A stretch of DNA of 64,000 nucleotides from Eledone cirrhosa. Taxonomy: Eukaryota. The position numbers and the translations under genes were made by a program. A model generated the notes under the pieces. It saw nothing but the letters and a program-made list of their open reading frames with translations, did no database searches and was not told the origin of the DNA. The stretch is taken from the NCBI GenBank assembly GCA_964016885.1, contig CAXHJY010001472.1:496001-560000 (forward strand), in the 5' to 3' direction. This document shows, one piece after another, positions 11,551-24,800 of the stretch (position 1 is its first letter; the number at the start of each line of letters is the position of its first letter).

Positions 11551-14500
11551 GATTGGTTTTTACAAATTATCTCCCCCTGATTTTTTTTTTATAAATTATC
11601 TCCGCCTGATTTTTTTAAAAAAATTATCTCCCCTTGGACGGCTGGAAATCATCTCCCCTTGGACGGCTGGAAATTATCTCCCCTTGGACGGCTAGAAATT
11701 ACCTCTCCTTGGACGGCTGAAAATTATCTCCCCTTGGACGGCTGCAAATTATCTCCCCTTGATTTTTTTTACAAATTATCTCCCCCTGATTTTTTTTACA
11801 AATTATCTCCCCCTGATTTTTTTTTACAAATTATCTACCCCTGATTTTTTTTACAAATTATCTCCCCCTGATTTTTTTTTACAAATTATCTCTCCCTGAT
11901 TTTTTTTACAAATTATCTCCCCCTGATTTTTTTTTTACAAATTATCTCCCCCTGATTTCTTTACAAATTATCTCCCCCTGATTTTTTTTACAATCTCCGC
12001 CTGATTTTTTAAAAAATTATCTTCCCTTGGCTGGCGGGAAATTATCTCCCCTTGGACGGCTGGAAATTATCTCCCCTTGGAAGGATGGAAATTATCTCCC
12101 CTTGGACGGCTGGAAATTATCTCCCCTTGCACGGCTGGAAATTATCTCCCCTTGGACAGCTGGAAATTATCTGCCCTTGATTTTGTTTTTACAAATTATC
12201 TCCCCCTGATTTTTTTTACAAATTATCTCCACCTGATTTTTTTAAAAATTATCTCCCCTTGGACGGCTGGAAATGATCTCCCCTTGGCTGGAAATTATCT
12301 CCCCTTGGACGGCTAGAAATTATCTCTCTTTGGACGGCTGGAAATTATCTCCCTTTGATTTTTTAAACAAATTATCTCCCTCTGATTTTTTTTACAAATC
12401 TCCCCCTGATTTTGTAAAAAAAATTATCTCCCCTTCGCTGGCTGGAAATTATCTCCCCTTGGACACTGGAAATTATAGCCCCTTGGAGGGCTGGAAATTA
12501 TCTTCCCTTGGACGGCTGGAAATTATCTCCCCTTGATTTTTTTTACAAATTATCTCCCCCTGATTTTTTTTTTACAAATTATCTCCCCCTGATTTTTTTA
12601 CAAATTATCTCCCCCTGATTTTTTTTACAAATTATCTCCGCCTGATTTTTTTAAATATTATCTTCCCTTGGCTGGCGGGAAATTATCTCCCCTTGGACGG
12701 CTGGAAATTATCTCCCCTTGGACGGCTAGAAATTACCTCTCCTTGGACGGCTGAAAATTATCTTCCCTTGGACGGCTGGAAATTATCTCCCCTTGATTTT
12801 TTTACAAATTACCTCCCCCTGATTTTTTTTTACAAATTATCTCCCCCTGATTTTTTTTACAAATTATCTCCCCCTGATTTTTTATTACAAATTATCTCCC
12901 CCTGATATTTTTTTACAAATTATCTCCGTCTGATTTTTTAAAAAAAATTATCTCCCCTTGGACGGCTGGAAATTATCTCCCCTTGGACGGCTGGAAATTA
13001 TCTCCCCTTGGACGGCTAGAAATTACCTGTCCTTGGACGGCTGAAAATTATCTCCCCTTGGACGGCTGCAAATTATCTCCCCTTGATTTTTTTTACAAAT
13101 TATCTCCCCTTGATTTTTGTTACAAATTATCTCCCCCTGATTTTTTTTTACAAATTATCTCCCCCTGATTTTTTTAAACAAATTATCTCCCCCTGATTTT
13201 TTTTTACAAATTATCTCCCCCTGATTTTTTTTTACAAATTATCTCCCCCTGATTTTTTTACAAATTATCTCCCCCTGATTTTTTTTACAATCTCCGCCTG
13301 ATTTTTTTAAAAATTATCTTCCCTTGGCTGGCGGGAAATTATCTCCCCTTGGACGGCTGGAAATTATCTCCCCTTGGAAGGATGGAAATTATCTCCCCTT
13401 GGACGGCTGGAAATTATCTCCCCTTGCACGGCTGGAAATTATCTCCCCTTGGACAGCTGGAAATTATCTGCCCTTGATTTTGTTTTTACAAATTATCTCC
13501 CCCTGATTTTTTTTACAAATTATCTCCACCTGATTTTTTAAAAAATTATCTCCCCTTGGACGGCTTAAAATTATCTCCCCTTGGCTGGAAATTATCTCCC
13601 CTTGGACGGCTAGAAATTATCACTCTTTTGACGGCTGGAAATTATCTCCCTTTGATTTTTTTTACAAATTATCTCCCTCTGATTTTTTTACAAATCTCCC
13701 CCTGATTTTTTAAAAAAAATTATCTCCCCTTCGCTGGCTGGAAATTATCTCCCCTTGGACACTGGAAATTATAGCCCCCTGGAGGGCTGGAAATTATCTT
13801 CCCTTGGACGGCTGGAAATTATCTCCCCTTGATTTCTTTTACAAATTATCTCCCCCTGATTTTTTTTTTACAAATTATCTCCCCCTGATTTTTTTTATAA
13901 ATTATCTCCCCCTGATATTTTTAGAAATTATCTCCGCCTGATTTTTTTAAAAATTATCTTCCCTTGGCTGGCGGGAAATTATCTCCCCTTGGACGGCTGG
14001 AAATTATCTCCCCTTGGAAGGATGGAAATTATCTCCCCTTGGACAGCTGGAAATTATCTCCCCTTGGACGGCTGAAAATTATCTTCCCTTGATTTTTTTA
14101 TACAAATTATCTCCCCCTGATTTTTTTTTACAAATTATCTCCCCCTGATTTTTTTTTTACAAATTATCTCTCCCTGATTTTTTTTTACAAATATCTCCCC
14201 TTGGCTGGCTGGAAATTATCTCATCTTGGCTGGCTGGAAATTATCTCCCCTTGGACGGTTGGAAATTATCTCCCCTTGGACGGCTGGAAATTATCTCCCC
14301 TTGGACGGCTGGAAATTATCTCCTCTTGGACGGCTGGAAATTATTTCCCCTTGGACAGCTGGAAATTATCTGCCCTTGATTTTGTTTTTACAAATTATCT
14401 CCCCCTGATTTTTTTTACAAATTATCTCCACCTAATTTTTTTTTAAATTATCTCCCCTTGGACGGCTGGAAATTATCTCCCCTTGGCTGGAAATTATCTC

Positions 14501-17500
14501 CCCTTGGACGGCTAGAAATTATCTCTCTTTGGACGGCTGGAAATTATCTCCCTTTGATTTTTTTAACAAATTATCTCCCTCTGATTTTTTTTACAAATCT
14601 CCCCCTGATTTTTTAAAAAAAATTATCTCCCCTTCGCTGGCTGGAAATTATCTCCCCTTGGACACTGGAAATTATAGCCCCCTGGAGGGCTGGAAATTAT
14701 CTTCCCTTGGACGGCTGGAAATTATCTCCCCTTGATTTTTTTACAAATTATCTCCCCCTGATTTTTTTTACAAATTATCTCCCCCTGATTTTTTTTACAA
14801 ATTATCTCCCCCTGATTTTTTTTACAAATTATCTCCCCCTGATATTTTTTTTACAAATTATCTCCGCCTGATTTTTTAAAAAAAATTATCTCCCCCTGAT
14901 TTTTTTTTACAAATTATCTCCCCCTGATTTTTTTTTTACAAATTATCTCCCCCTGATTTTTTTACAAATTATCTCCCCCTGATTTTTTTTACAATCTCCG
15001 CCTGATTTTTTTAAAAATTATCTTCCCTTGGCTGGCGGGAAATTATCTCCCCTTGGACGGCTGGAAATTATCTCCCCTTGGAAGGATGGAAATTATCTCC
15101 CCTTGGACGGCTGGAAATTATCTCCCCTTGCACGGCTGGGAATTATTTCCCCTTGGACAGCTGGAAATTATCTGCCCTTGATTTTGTTTTTACAAATTAT
15201 CTCCCCCTGATTTTTTTTACAAATTATATCCACCTGATTTTTTAAAAAATTATCTCCCCTTGGACGGCTGGAAATTATCTCCCCTTGGCTGGAAATTATC
15301 TCCCCTTGGACGGCTAGAAATTATCTCTCTTTGGACGGCTGGAAATTATCTCCCTTTGATTTTTTTAACAAATTATCTCCCTCTGATTTTTTTTACAAAT
15401 CTCCCCCTGATTTTTTAAAAAAAATTATCTCCCCTTCGCTGGCTGGAAATTATCTCCCCTTGGACACTGGAAATTATAGCCCCCTGGAGGGCTGGAAATT
15501 ATCTTCCCTTGGACGGCTGGAAATTATCTCCCCTTGATTTTTTTACAAATTATCTCCCCCTGATTTTTTTTTACAAATTATCTCCCCCTGATTTTTTTTA
15601 CAAATTATCTCCCCCTGATTTTTTTTACAAATTATCTCCCCCTGATATTTTTTTTACAAATTATCTCCGCCTGATTTTTTTAAAAAAATTATCTCCCCCT
15701 GATTTTTTTTTACAAATTATCCCCCCCTGATTTTTTTTTTACAAATTATCTCCCCCTGATTTTTTTACAAATTATCTCCCCCTGATTTTTTTTACAATCT
15801 CCGCCTGATTTTTTTAAAGATTATCTTCCCTTGGCTGGCGGGAAATTATCTCCCCTTGGACGGCTGGAAATTATCTCCCCTTGGAAGGATGGAAATTATC
15901 TCCCCTTGGACGGCTGGAAATTATCTCCCCTTGCACGGCTGGAAATTATCTCCCCTTGGACAGCTGGAAATTATCTGCCCTTGATTTTGTTTTTACAAAT
16001 TATCAGCCCCTGATTTTTTTTACAAATTATCTCCACCTGATTTTTTAAAAAATTATCTCCCCTTGGACGGCTGGAAATTATCTCCCCTTGGACGGCTAGA
16101 AATTATCTCTCTTTGGACTGCTGGAAATTATCTCCCTTTGATTTTTTTAACAAATTATCTCCCTCTGATTTTTTTTACAAATCTCCCCCTGATTTTTTAA
16201 AAAAAATTATCTCCCCTTCGCTGGCTGGAAATTATCTCCCCTTGGACACTGGAAATTATCTCCCCTTGGACGGCTGGATATTATCTCCCCTTGATTTGTT
16301 TTACAAATTATCTCCCCCTGATTTTTTTTTACAAATTATCTCCCCTGATTTTTTTTTTACAAATTATCTCCCCCTGATTTTTTTACAAATTATCTCCCCC
16401 TGATTTTTTTACAAATTATCTCCGCCTGATTTTTTAAAAAATTATCTTCCCTTGGCTGGCGGGAAATTATCTCCCCTTGGACGGCTGGAAATTATCTCCA
16501 CTTGGAAGGATGGAAATTATCTCCCCTTGGACGGCTGGAAATTATCTTCCCTTGCACCATTGGAAATTATCTCCCCCTTTGACGGCTGAAAATTATCTCC
16601 CCTTGATTTTTTTTTACAAATTATCTCCCCTTGATTTTTTTTTACAAATTATGTCCCCCTGATTTTTTTTTTACAAATTATCTCCGCCTGATTTTTTTTA
16701 AAAATTATCTCCCCTTGGACGGCTGGAAATTATCCCCCCTTGGACGGCTAGAAATTACCTCTCCTTGGACGGCTGAAAATTATCTCCCCTTGGACGGCTG
16801 GAAATTATCTCCCCTTGATTTTTTTACAAATTATCTGCCCCTGATTTTTTTTTTTACAAATTATCTCCCCCTGATTTTTTTTTACAAATTATCTCCCCCT
16901 GATTTTTTTTACAAATTATCTCCCCCTGATTTTTTTTTTACAAATTATCTCCCCCTGATTTTTTTACAAATTATTTGATTTTTTTTACATATTATCTCCG
17001 CCTCATTTTTTTAAATATTATCTTCCCTTGGCTGGCGGGAAATTATCTCCCCTTGGACGGCTGGAAATTATCTCCCCTTGCACTGCTGGAAATTATCTCC
17101 CCTTGGACGGCTGGAAATTATCTGCCCTTGATTTTGTTTTTACAAATTATCTTCCCCTGATTTTTTTTACAAATTATCTCCACCTGATTTTTTAAAAAAT
17201 TATCTCCCCTCGGACGGCTGGAAATTATCTCCCCTTGGCTGGAAATTATCTCCCCTTGGACGGCTAGAAATTATCTCTCTTTGGACGGCTGGAAATTATC
17301 TCCCCTTGATTTTTTTTACAAATTATCTCCCCTTGATTTTTTTACAAATTATCTCCCCCTGATTTTTTTTACAATCTCCGCCTGATTTTTTTAAAAATGA
17401 TCTCCCCTTGGACGGCTGGAAATGATCTCCCCTTGGACGCTGGAAATTATAGCCCCTTGGAGGGCTGGAAATTATCTTCCCTTGGACGGCTGGAAATTAT

Positions 17501-18879
17501 CTCCCCCTGATTTTTTTTTACAAATTATCTCCCCCTGATATTTTTTTACAAATTATCTCCGCCTGATTTTTTAAAAAAAATTAACTCCCCCTGATTTTTT
17601 TTTACAAATTATCTCCCCCTGATTTTTTTTTACAAATTATCTCCCCCTGATTTTTTTTTTACAAATTATCTCCCCCTGATTTTTTTACAAATTATCTCCG
17701 CCTGATTTTTTAAAAAATTATCTTCCCTTGGCTGGCGGGAAATTATCTCCCCTTGGACGGCTGGAAATTATCTCCCCTTGGAAGGATGGAAATTATCTCC
17801 CCTTGGACGGCTGGAAATTATTCCCCCTTGCACGGCTGGAAATTATCTCCCCTTGGACAGCTGGAAATTATCTGCCCTTGATTTTGTTTTTACAAATTAT
17901 CTCCCCCTGATTTTTTTTACAAATTATCTCCACCTGATTTTTTAAAAAATTATCTCCCCTTGGACGGCTGGAAATTATCTCCCCTTGGCTGGAAATTATC
18001 TCCCCTTGGACACTGGAAATTATAGCCCCTTGGAGGGCTGCAAATTATCTTCCCTTGGACGGCTGGAAATTATCTCCCCTTGGAAGGATGGAAATTATCT
18101 CCCCTTGGACGGCTGGAAATTATCTCTCCTTGGACGGCTGAAAATTATCTCCCCTTGATTTTTTTTTACAAATTATCTCCCCCTGATTTTTTTTACAAAT
18201 TATCTCCCCCTGATTTTTTTTTTACAAATTATCTCCCCCTGATTTTTTTACAAATTATCTCCCCCTGATTTTTTTTACATATTATCTCCGCCTGATTTTT
18301 TTAAATATTATCTTCCCTTGGCTGGCGGGAAATTATCTCCCCTTGGACGGCTGGAAATTATCTCCCCTTGCACTGCTGGAAATTATCTTCCCTTGGACGG
18401 CTGGAAATTATCTGCCCTTGATTTTGTTTTTACAAATTATCTTCCCCTGATTTTTTTTACAAATTATCTCCACCTGATTTTTTAAAAAATTATCTCCCCT
18501 CGGACGGCTGGAAATTATCTCCCCTTGGCTGGAAATTATCTCCCCTTGGACGGCTGGAAATGATCTCCCCTTGGCTGGTTGGAAATTATCTCCCCTTGGA
18601 CCGCTAGAAATTATCTCTCCTTGGACGGCTGGAAATTATCTCCCCTTGATTTTTTTACAAATTATCTCCCCCTGATTTTTTTTACAAATCTCCCAGTGAT
18701 TTTTAAAAAAAAATTATCTCCCCTTCGCTGGCTGGAAATTATCTCCCCTTGGACGCTGGAAATTATAGCCCCCTTGGAGGGCTGGAAATTATCTTCCCTT
18801 GGACGGCTGGAAATTATCTCCCCTTGATTTTTTTACAATTTATCTCCCCCTGATTTTTTTTTACAAATTATCTCCCCCT
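11551..18879 (+). repeat. Higher-order repeat copy, 7329 bp (carries subtype X segment)
   Basis: GATTGGTTTTT at 11551 and 18880; CTCCGTCTG at 12924 and 20253 (both offsets 7329). Contains X marker GCACCATTGG at 16554. Confidence 0.92.
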
Positions 18880-21800
18880 GATTGGTTTTTACAAATTATC
18901 TCCCCCTGATTTTTTTTTTATAAATTATCTCCGCCTGATTTTTTTAAAAAAATTATCTCCCCTTGGACGGCTGGAAATCATCTCCCCTTGGACGGCTGGA
19001 AATTATCTCCCCTTGGACGGCTAGAAATTACCTCTCCTTGGACGGCTGAAAATTATCTCCCCTTGGACGGCTGCAAATTATCTCCCCTTGATTTTTTTTA
19101 CAAATTATCTCCCCCTGATTTTTTTTACAAATTATCTCCCCCTGATTTTTTTTTACAAATTATCTACCCCTGATTTTTTTTACAAATTATCTCCCCCTGA
19201 TTTTTTTTTACAAATTATCTCTCCCTGATTTTTTTTACAAATTATCTCCCCCTGATTTTTTTTTTACAAATTATCTCCCCCTGATTTCTTTACAAATTAT
19301 CTCCCCCTGATTTTTTTTACAATCTCCGCCTGATTTTTTAAAAAATTATCTTCCCTTGGCTGGCGGGAAATTATCTCCCCTTGGACGGCTGGAAATTATC
19401 TCCCCTTGGAAGGATGGAAATTATCTCCCCTTGGACGGCTGGAAATTATCTCCCCTTGCACGGCTGGAAATTATCTCCCCTTGGACAGCTGGAAATTATC
19501 TGCCCTTGATTTTGTTTTTACAAATTATCTCCCCCTGATTTTTTTTACAAATTATCTCCACCTGATTTTTTTAAAAATTATCTCCCCTTGGACGGCTGGA
19601 AATGATCTCCCCTTGGCTGGAAATTATCTCCCCTTGGACGGCTAGAAATTATCTCTCTTTGGACGGCTGGAAATTATCTCCCTTTGATTTTTTAAACAAA
19701 TTATCTCCCTCTGATTTTTTTTACAAATCTCCCCCTGATTTTGTAAAAAAAATTATCTCCCCTTCGCTGGCTGGAAATTATCTCCCCTTGGACACTGGAA
19801 ATTATAGCCCCTTGGAGGGCTGGAAATTATCTTCCCTTGGACGGCTGGAAATTATCTCCCCTTGATTTTTTTTACAAATTATCTCCCCCTGATTTTTTTT
19901 TTACAAATTATCTCCCCCTGATTTTTTTACAAATTATCTCCCCCTGATTTTTTTTACAAATTATCTCCGCCTGATTTTTTTAAATATTATCTTCCCTTGG
20001 CTGGCGGGAAATTATCTCCCCTTGGACGGCTGGAAATTATCTCCCCTTGGACGGCTAGAAATTACCTCTCCTTGGACGGCTGAAAATTATCTTCCCTTGG
20101 ACGGCTGGAAATTATCTCCCCTTGATTTTTTTACAAATTACCTCCCCCTGATTTTTTTTTACAAATTATCTCCCCCTGATTTTTTTTACAAATTATCTCC
20201 CCCTGATTTTTTATTACAAATTATCTCCCCCTGATATTTTTTTACAAATTATCTCCGTCTGATTTTTTAAAAAAAATTATCTCCCCTTGGACGGCTGGAA
20301 ATTATCTCCCCTTGGACGGCTGGAAATTATCTCCCCTTGGACGGCTAGAAATTACCTGTCCTTGGACGGCTGAAAATTATCTCCCCTTGGACGGCTGCAA
20401 ATTATCTCCCCTTGATTTTTTTTACAAATTATCTCCCCTTGATTTTTGTTACAAATTATCTCCCCCTGATTTTTTTTTACAAATTATCTCCCCCTGATTT
20501 TTTTAAACAAATTATCTCCCCCTGATTTTTTTTTACAAATTATCTCCCCCTGATTTTTTTTTACAAATTATCTCCCCCTGATTTTTTTACAAATTATCTC
20601 CCCCTGATTTTTTTTACAATCTCCGCCTGATTTTTTTAAAAATTATCTTCCCTTGGCTGGCGGGAAATTATCTCCCCTTGGACGGCTGGAAATTATCTCC
20701 CCTTGGAAGGATGGAAATTATCTCCCCTTGGACGGCTGGAAATTATCTCCCCTTGCACGGCTGGAAATTATCTCCCCTTGGACAGCTGGAAATTATCTGC
20801 CCTTGATTTTGTTTTTACAAATTATCTCCCCCTGATTTTTTTTACAAATTATCTCCACCTGATTTTTTAAAAAATTATCTCCCCTTGGACGGCTTAAAAT
20901 TATCTCCCCTTGGCTGGAAATTATCTCCCCTTGGACGGCTAGAAATTATCACTCTTTTGACGGCTGGAAATTATCTCCCTTTGATTTTTTTTACAAATTA
21001 TCTCCCTCTGATTTTTTTACAAATCTCCCCCTGATTTTTTAAAAAAAATTATCTCCCCTTCGCTGGCTGGAAATTATCTCCCCTTGGACACTGGAAATTA
21101 TAGCCCCCTGGAGGGCTGGAAATTATCTTCCCTTGGACGGCTGGAAATTATCTCCCCTTGATTTCTTTTACAAATTATCTCCCCCTGATTTTTTTTTTAC
21201 AAATTATCTCCCCCTGATTTTTTTTATAAATTATCTCCCCCTGATATTTTTAGAAATTATCTCCGCCTGATTTTTTTAAAAATTATCTTCCCTTGGCTGG
21301 CGGGAAATTATCTCCCCTTGGACGGCTGGAAATTATCTCCCCTTGGAAGGATGGAAATTATCTCCCCTTGGACAGCTGGAAATTATCTCCCCTTGGACGG
21401 CTGAAAATTATCTTCCCTTGATTTTTTTATACAAATTATCTCCCCCTGATTTTTTTTTACAAATTATCTCCCCCTGATTTTTTTTTTACAAATTATCTCT
21501 CCCTGATTTTTTTTTACAAATATCTCCCCTTGGCTGGCTGGAAATTATCTCATCTTGGCTGGCTGGAAATTATCTCCCCTTGGACGGTTGGAAATTATCT
21601 CCCCTTGGACGGCTGGAAATTATCTCCCCTTGGACGGCTGGAAATTATCTCCTCTTGGACGGCTGGAAATTATTTCCCCTTGGACAGCTGGAAATTATCT
21701 GCCCTTGATTTTGTTTTTACAAATTATCTCCCCCTGATTTTTTTTACAAATTATCTCCACCTAATTTTTTTTTAAATTATCTCCCCTTGGACGGCTGGAA

Positions 21801-24800
21801 ATTATCTCCCCTTGGCTGGAAATTATCTCCCCTTGGACGGCTAGAAATTATCTCTCTTTGGACGGCTGGAAATTATCTCCCTTTGATTTTTTTAACAAAT
21901 TATCTCCCTCTGATTTTTTTTACAAATCTCCCCCTGATTTTTTAAAAAAAATTATCTCCCCTTCGCTGGCTGGAAATTATCTCCCCTTGGACACTGGAAA
22001 TTATAGCCCCCTGGAGGGCTGGAAATTATCTTCCCTTGGACGGCTGGAAATTATCTCCCCTTGATTTTTTTACAAATTATCTCCCCCTGATTTTTTTTAC
22101 AAATTATCTCCCCCTGATTTTTTTTACAAATTATCTCCCCCTGATTTTTTTTACAAATTATCTCCCCCTGATATTTTTTTTACAAATTATCTCCGCCTGA
22201 TTTTTTAAAAAAAATTATCTCCCCCTGATTTTTTTTTACAAATTATCTCCCCCTGATTTTTTTTTTACAAATTATCTCCCCCTGATTTTTTTACAAATTA
22301 TCTCCCCCTGATTTTTTTTACAATCTCCGCCTGATTTTTTTAAAAATTATCTTCCCTTGGCTGGCGGGAAATTATCTCCCCTTGGACGGCTGGAAATTAT
22401 CTCCCCTTGGAAGGATGGAAATTATCTCCCCTTGGACGGCTGGAAATTATCTCCCCTTGCACGGCTGGGAATTATTTCCCCTTGGACAGCTGGAAATTAT
22501 CTGCCCTTGATTTTGTTTTTACAAATTATCTCCCCCTGATTTTTTTTACAAATTATATCCACCTGATTTTTTAAAAAATTATCTCCCCTTGGACGGCTGG
22601 AAATTATCTCCCCTTGGCTGGAAATTATCTCCCCTTGGACGGCTAGAAATTATCTCTCTTTGGACGGCTGGAAATTATCTCCCTTTGATTTTTTTAACAA
22701 ATTATCTCCCTCTGATTTTTTTTACAAATCTCCCCCTGATTTTTTAAAAAAAATTATCTCCCCTTCGCTGGCTGGAAATTATCTCCCCTTGGACACTGGA
22801 AATTATAGCCCCCTGGAGGGCTGGAAATTATCTTCCCTTGGACGGCTGGAAATTATCTCCCCTTGATTTTTTTACAAATTATCTCCCCCTGATTTTTTTT
22901 TACAAATTATCTCCCCCTGATTTTTTTTACAAATTATCTCCCCCTGATTTTTTTTACAAATTATCTCCGTCTGATTTTTTAAAAAAAATTATCTCCCCTT
23001 GGACGGCTGGAAATTATCTCCCCTTGGACGGCTGGAAATTATCTCCCCTTGGACGGCTAGAAATTACCTGTCCTTGGACGGCTGAAAATTATCTCCCCTT
23101 GGACGGCTGCAAATTATCTCCCCTTGATTTTTTTTACAAATTATCTCCCCTTGATTTTTGTTACAAATTATCTCCCCCTGATTTTTTTTTACAAATTATC
23201 TCCCCCTGATTTTTTTAAACAAATTATCTCCCCCTGATTTTTTTTTACAAATTATCTCCCCCTGATTTTTTTTTACAAATTATCTCCCCCTGATTTTTTT
23301 ACAAATTATCTCCCCCTGATTTTTTTTACAATCTCCGCCTGATTTTTTTAAAAATTATCTTCCCTTGGCTGGCGGGAAATTATCTCCCCTTGGACGGCTG
23401 GAAATTATCTCCCCTTGGAAGGATGGAAATTATCTCCCCTTGGACGGCTGGAAATTATCTCCCCTTGCACGGCTGGAAATTATCTCCCCTTGGACAGCTG
23501 GAAATTATCTGCCCTTGATTTTGTTTTTACAAATTATCTCCCCCTGATTTTTTTTACAAATTATCTCCACCTGATTTTTTAAAAAATTATCTCCCCTTGG
23601 ACGGCTTAAAATTATCTCCCCTTGGCTGGAAATTATCTCCCCTTGGACGGCTAGAAATTATCACTCTTTTGACGGCTGGAAATTATCTCCCTTTGATTTT
23701 TTTTACAAATTATCTCCCTCTGATTTTTTTACAAATCTCCCCCTGATTTTTTAAAAAAAATTATCTCCCCTTCGCTGGCTGGAAATTATCTCCCCTTGGA
23801 CACTGGAAATTATAGCCCCCTGGAGGGCTGGAAATTATCTTCCCTTGGACGGCTGGAAATTATCTCCCCTTGATTTCTTTTACAAATTATCTCCCCCTGA
23901 TTTTTTTTTTACAAATTATCTCCCCCTGATTTTTTTTATAAATTATCTCCCCCTGATATTTTTAGAAATTATCTCCGCCTGATTTTTTTAAAAATTATCT
24001 TCCCTTGGCTGGCGGGAAATTATCTCCCCTTGGACGGCTGGAAATTATCTCCCCTTGGAAGGATGGAAATTATCTCCCCTTGGACAGCTGGAAATTATCT
24101 CCCCTTGGACGGCTGAAAATTATCTTCCCTTGATTTTTTTATACAAATTATCTCCCCCTGATTTTTTTTTACAAATTATCTCCCCCTGATTTTTTTTTTA
24201 CAAATTATCTCTCCCTGATTTTTTTTTACAAATATCTCCCCTTGGCTGGCTGGAAATTATCTCATCTTGGCTGGCTGGAAATTATCTCCCCTTGGACGGT
24301 TGGAAATTATCTCCCCTTGGACGGCTGGAAATTATCTCCCCTTGGACGGCTGGAAATTATCTCCTCTTGGACGGCTGGAAATTATTTCCCCTTGGACAGC
24401 TGGAAATTATCTGCCCTTGATTTTGTTTTTACAAATTATCTCCCCCTGATTTTTTTTACAAATTATCTCCACCTAATTTTTTTTTAAATTATCTCCCCTT
24501 GGACGGCTGGAAATTATCTCCCCTTGGCTGGAAATTATCTCCCCTTGGACGGCTAGAAATTATCTCTCTTTGGACGGCTGGAAATTATCTCCCTTTGATT
24601 TTTTTAACAAATTATCTCCCTCTGATTTTTTTTACAAATCTCCCCCTGATTTTTTAAAAAAAATTATCTCCCCTTCGCTGGCTGGAAATTATCTCCCCTT
24701 GGACACTGGAAATTATAGCCCCCTGGAGGGCTGGAAATTATCTTCCCTTGGACGGCTGGAAATTATCTCCCCTTGATTTTTTTACAAATTATCTCCCCCT

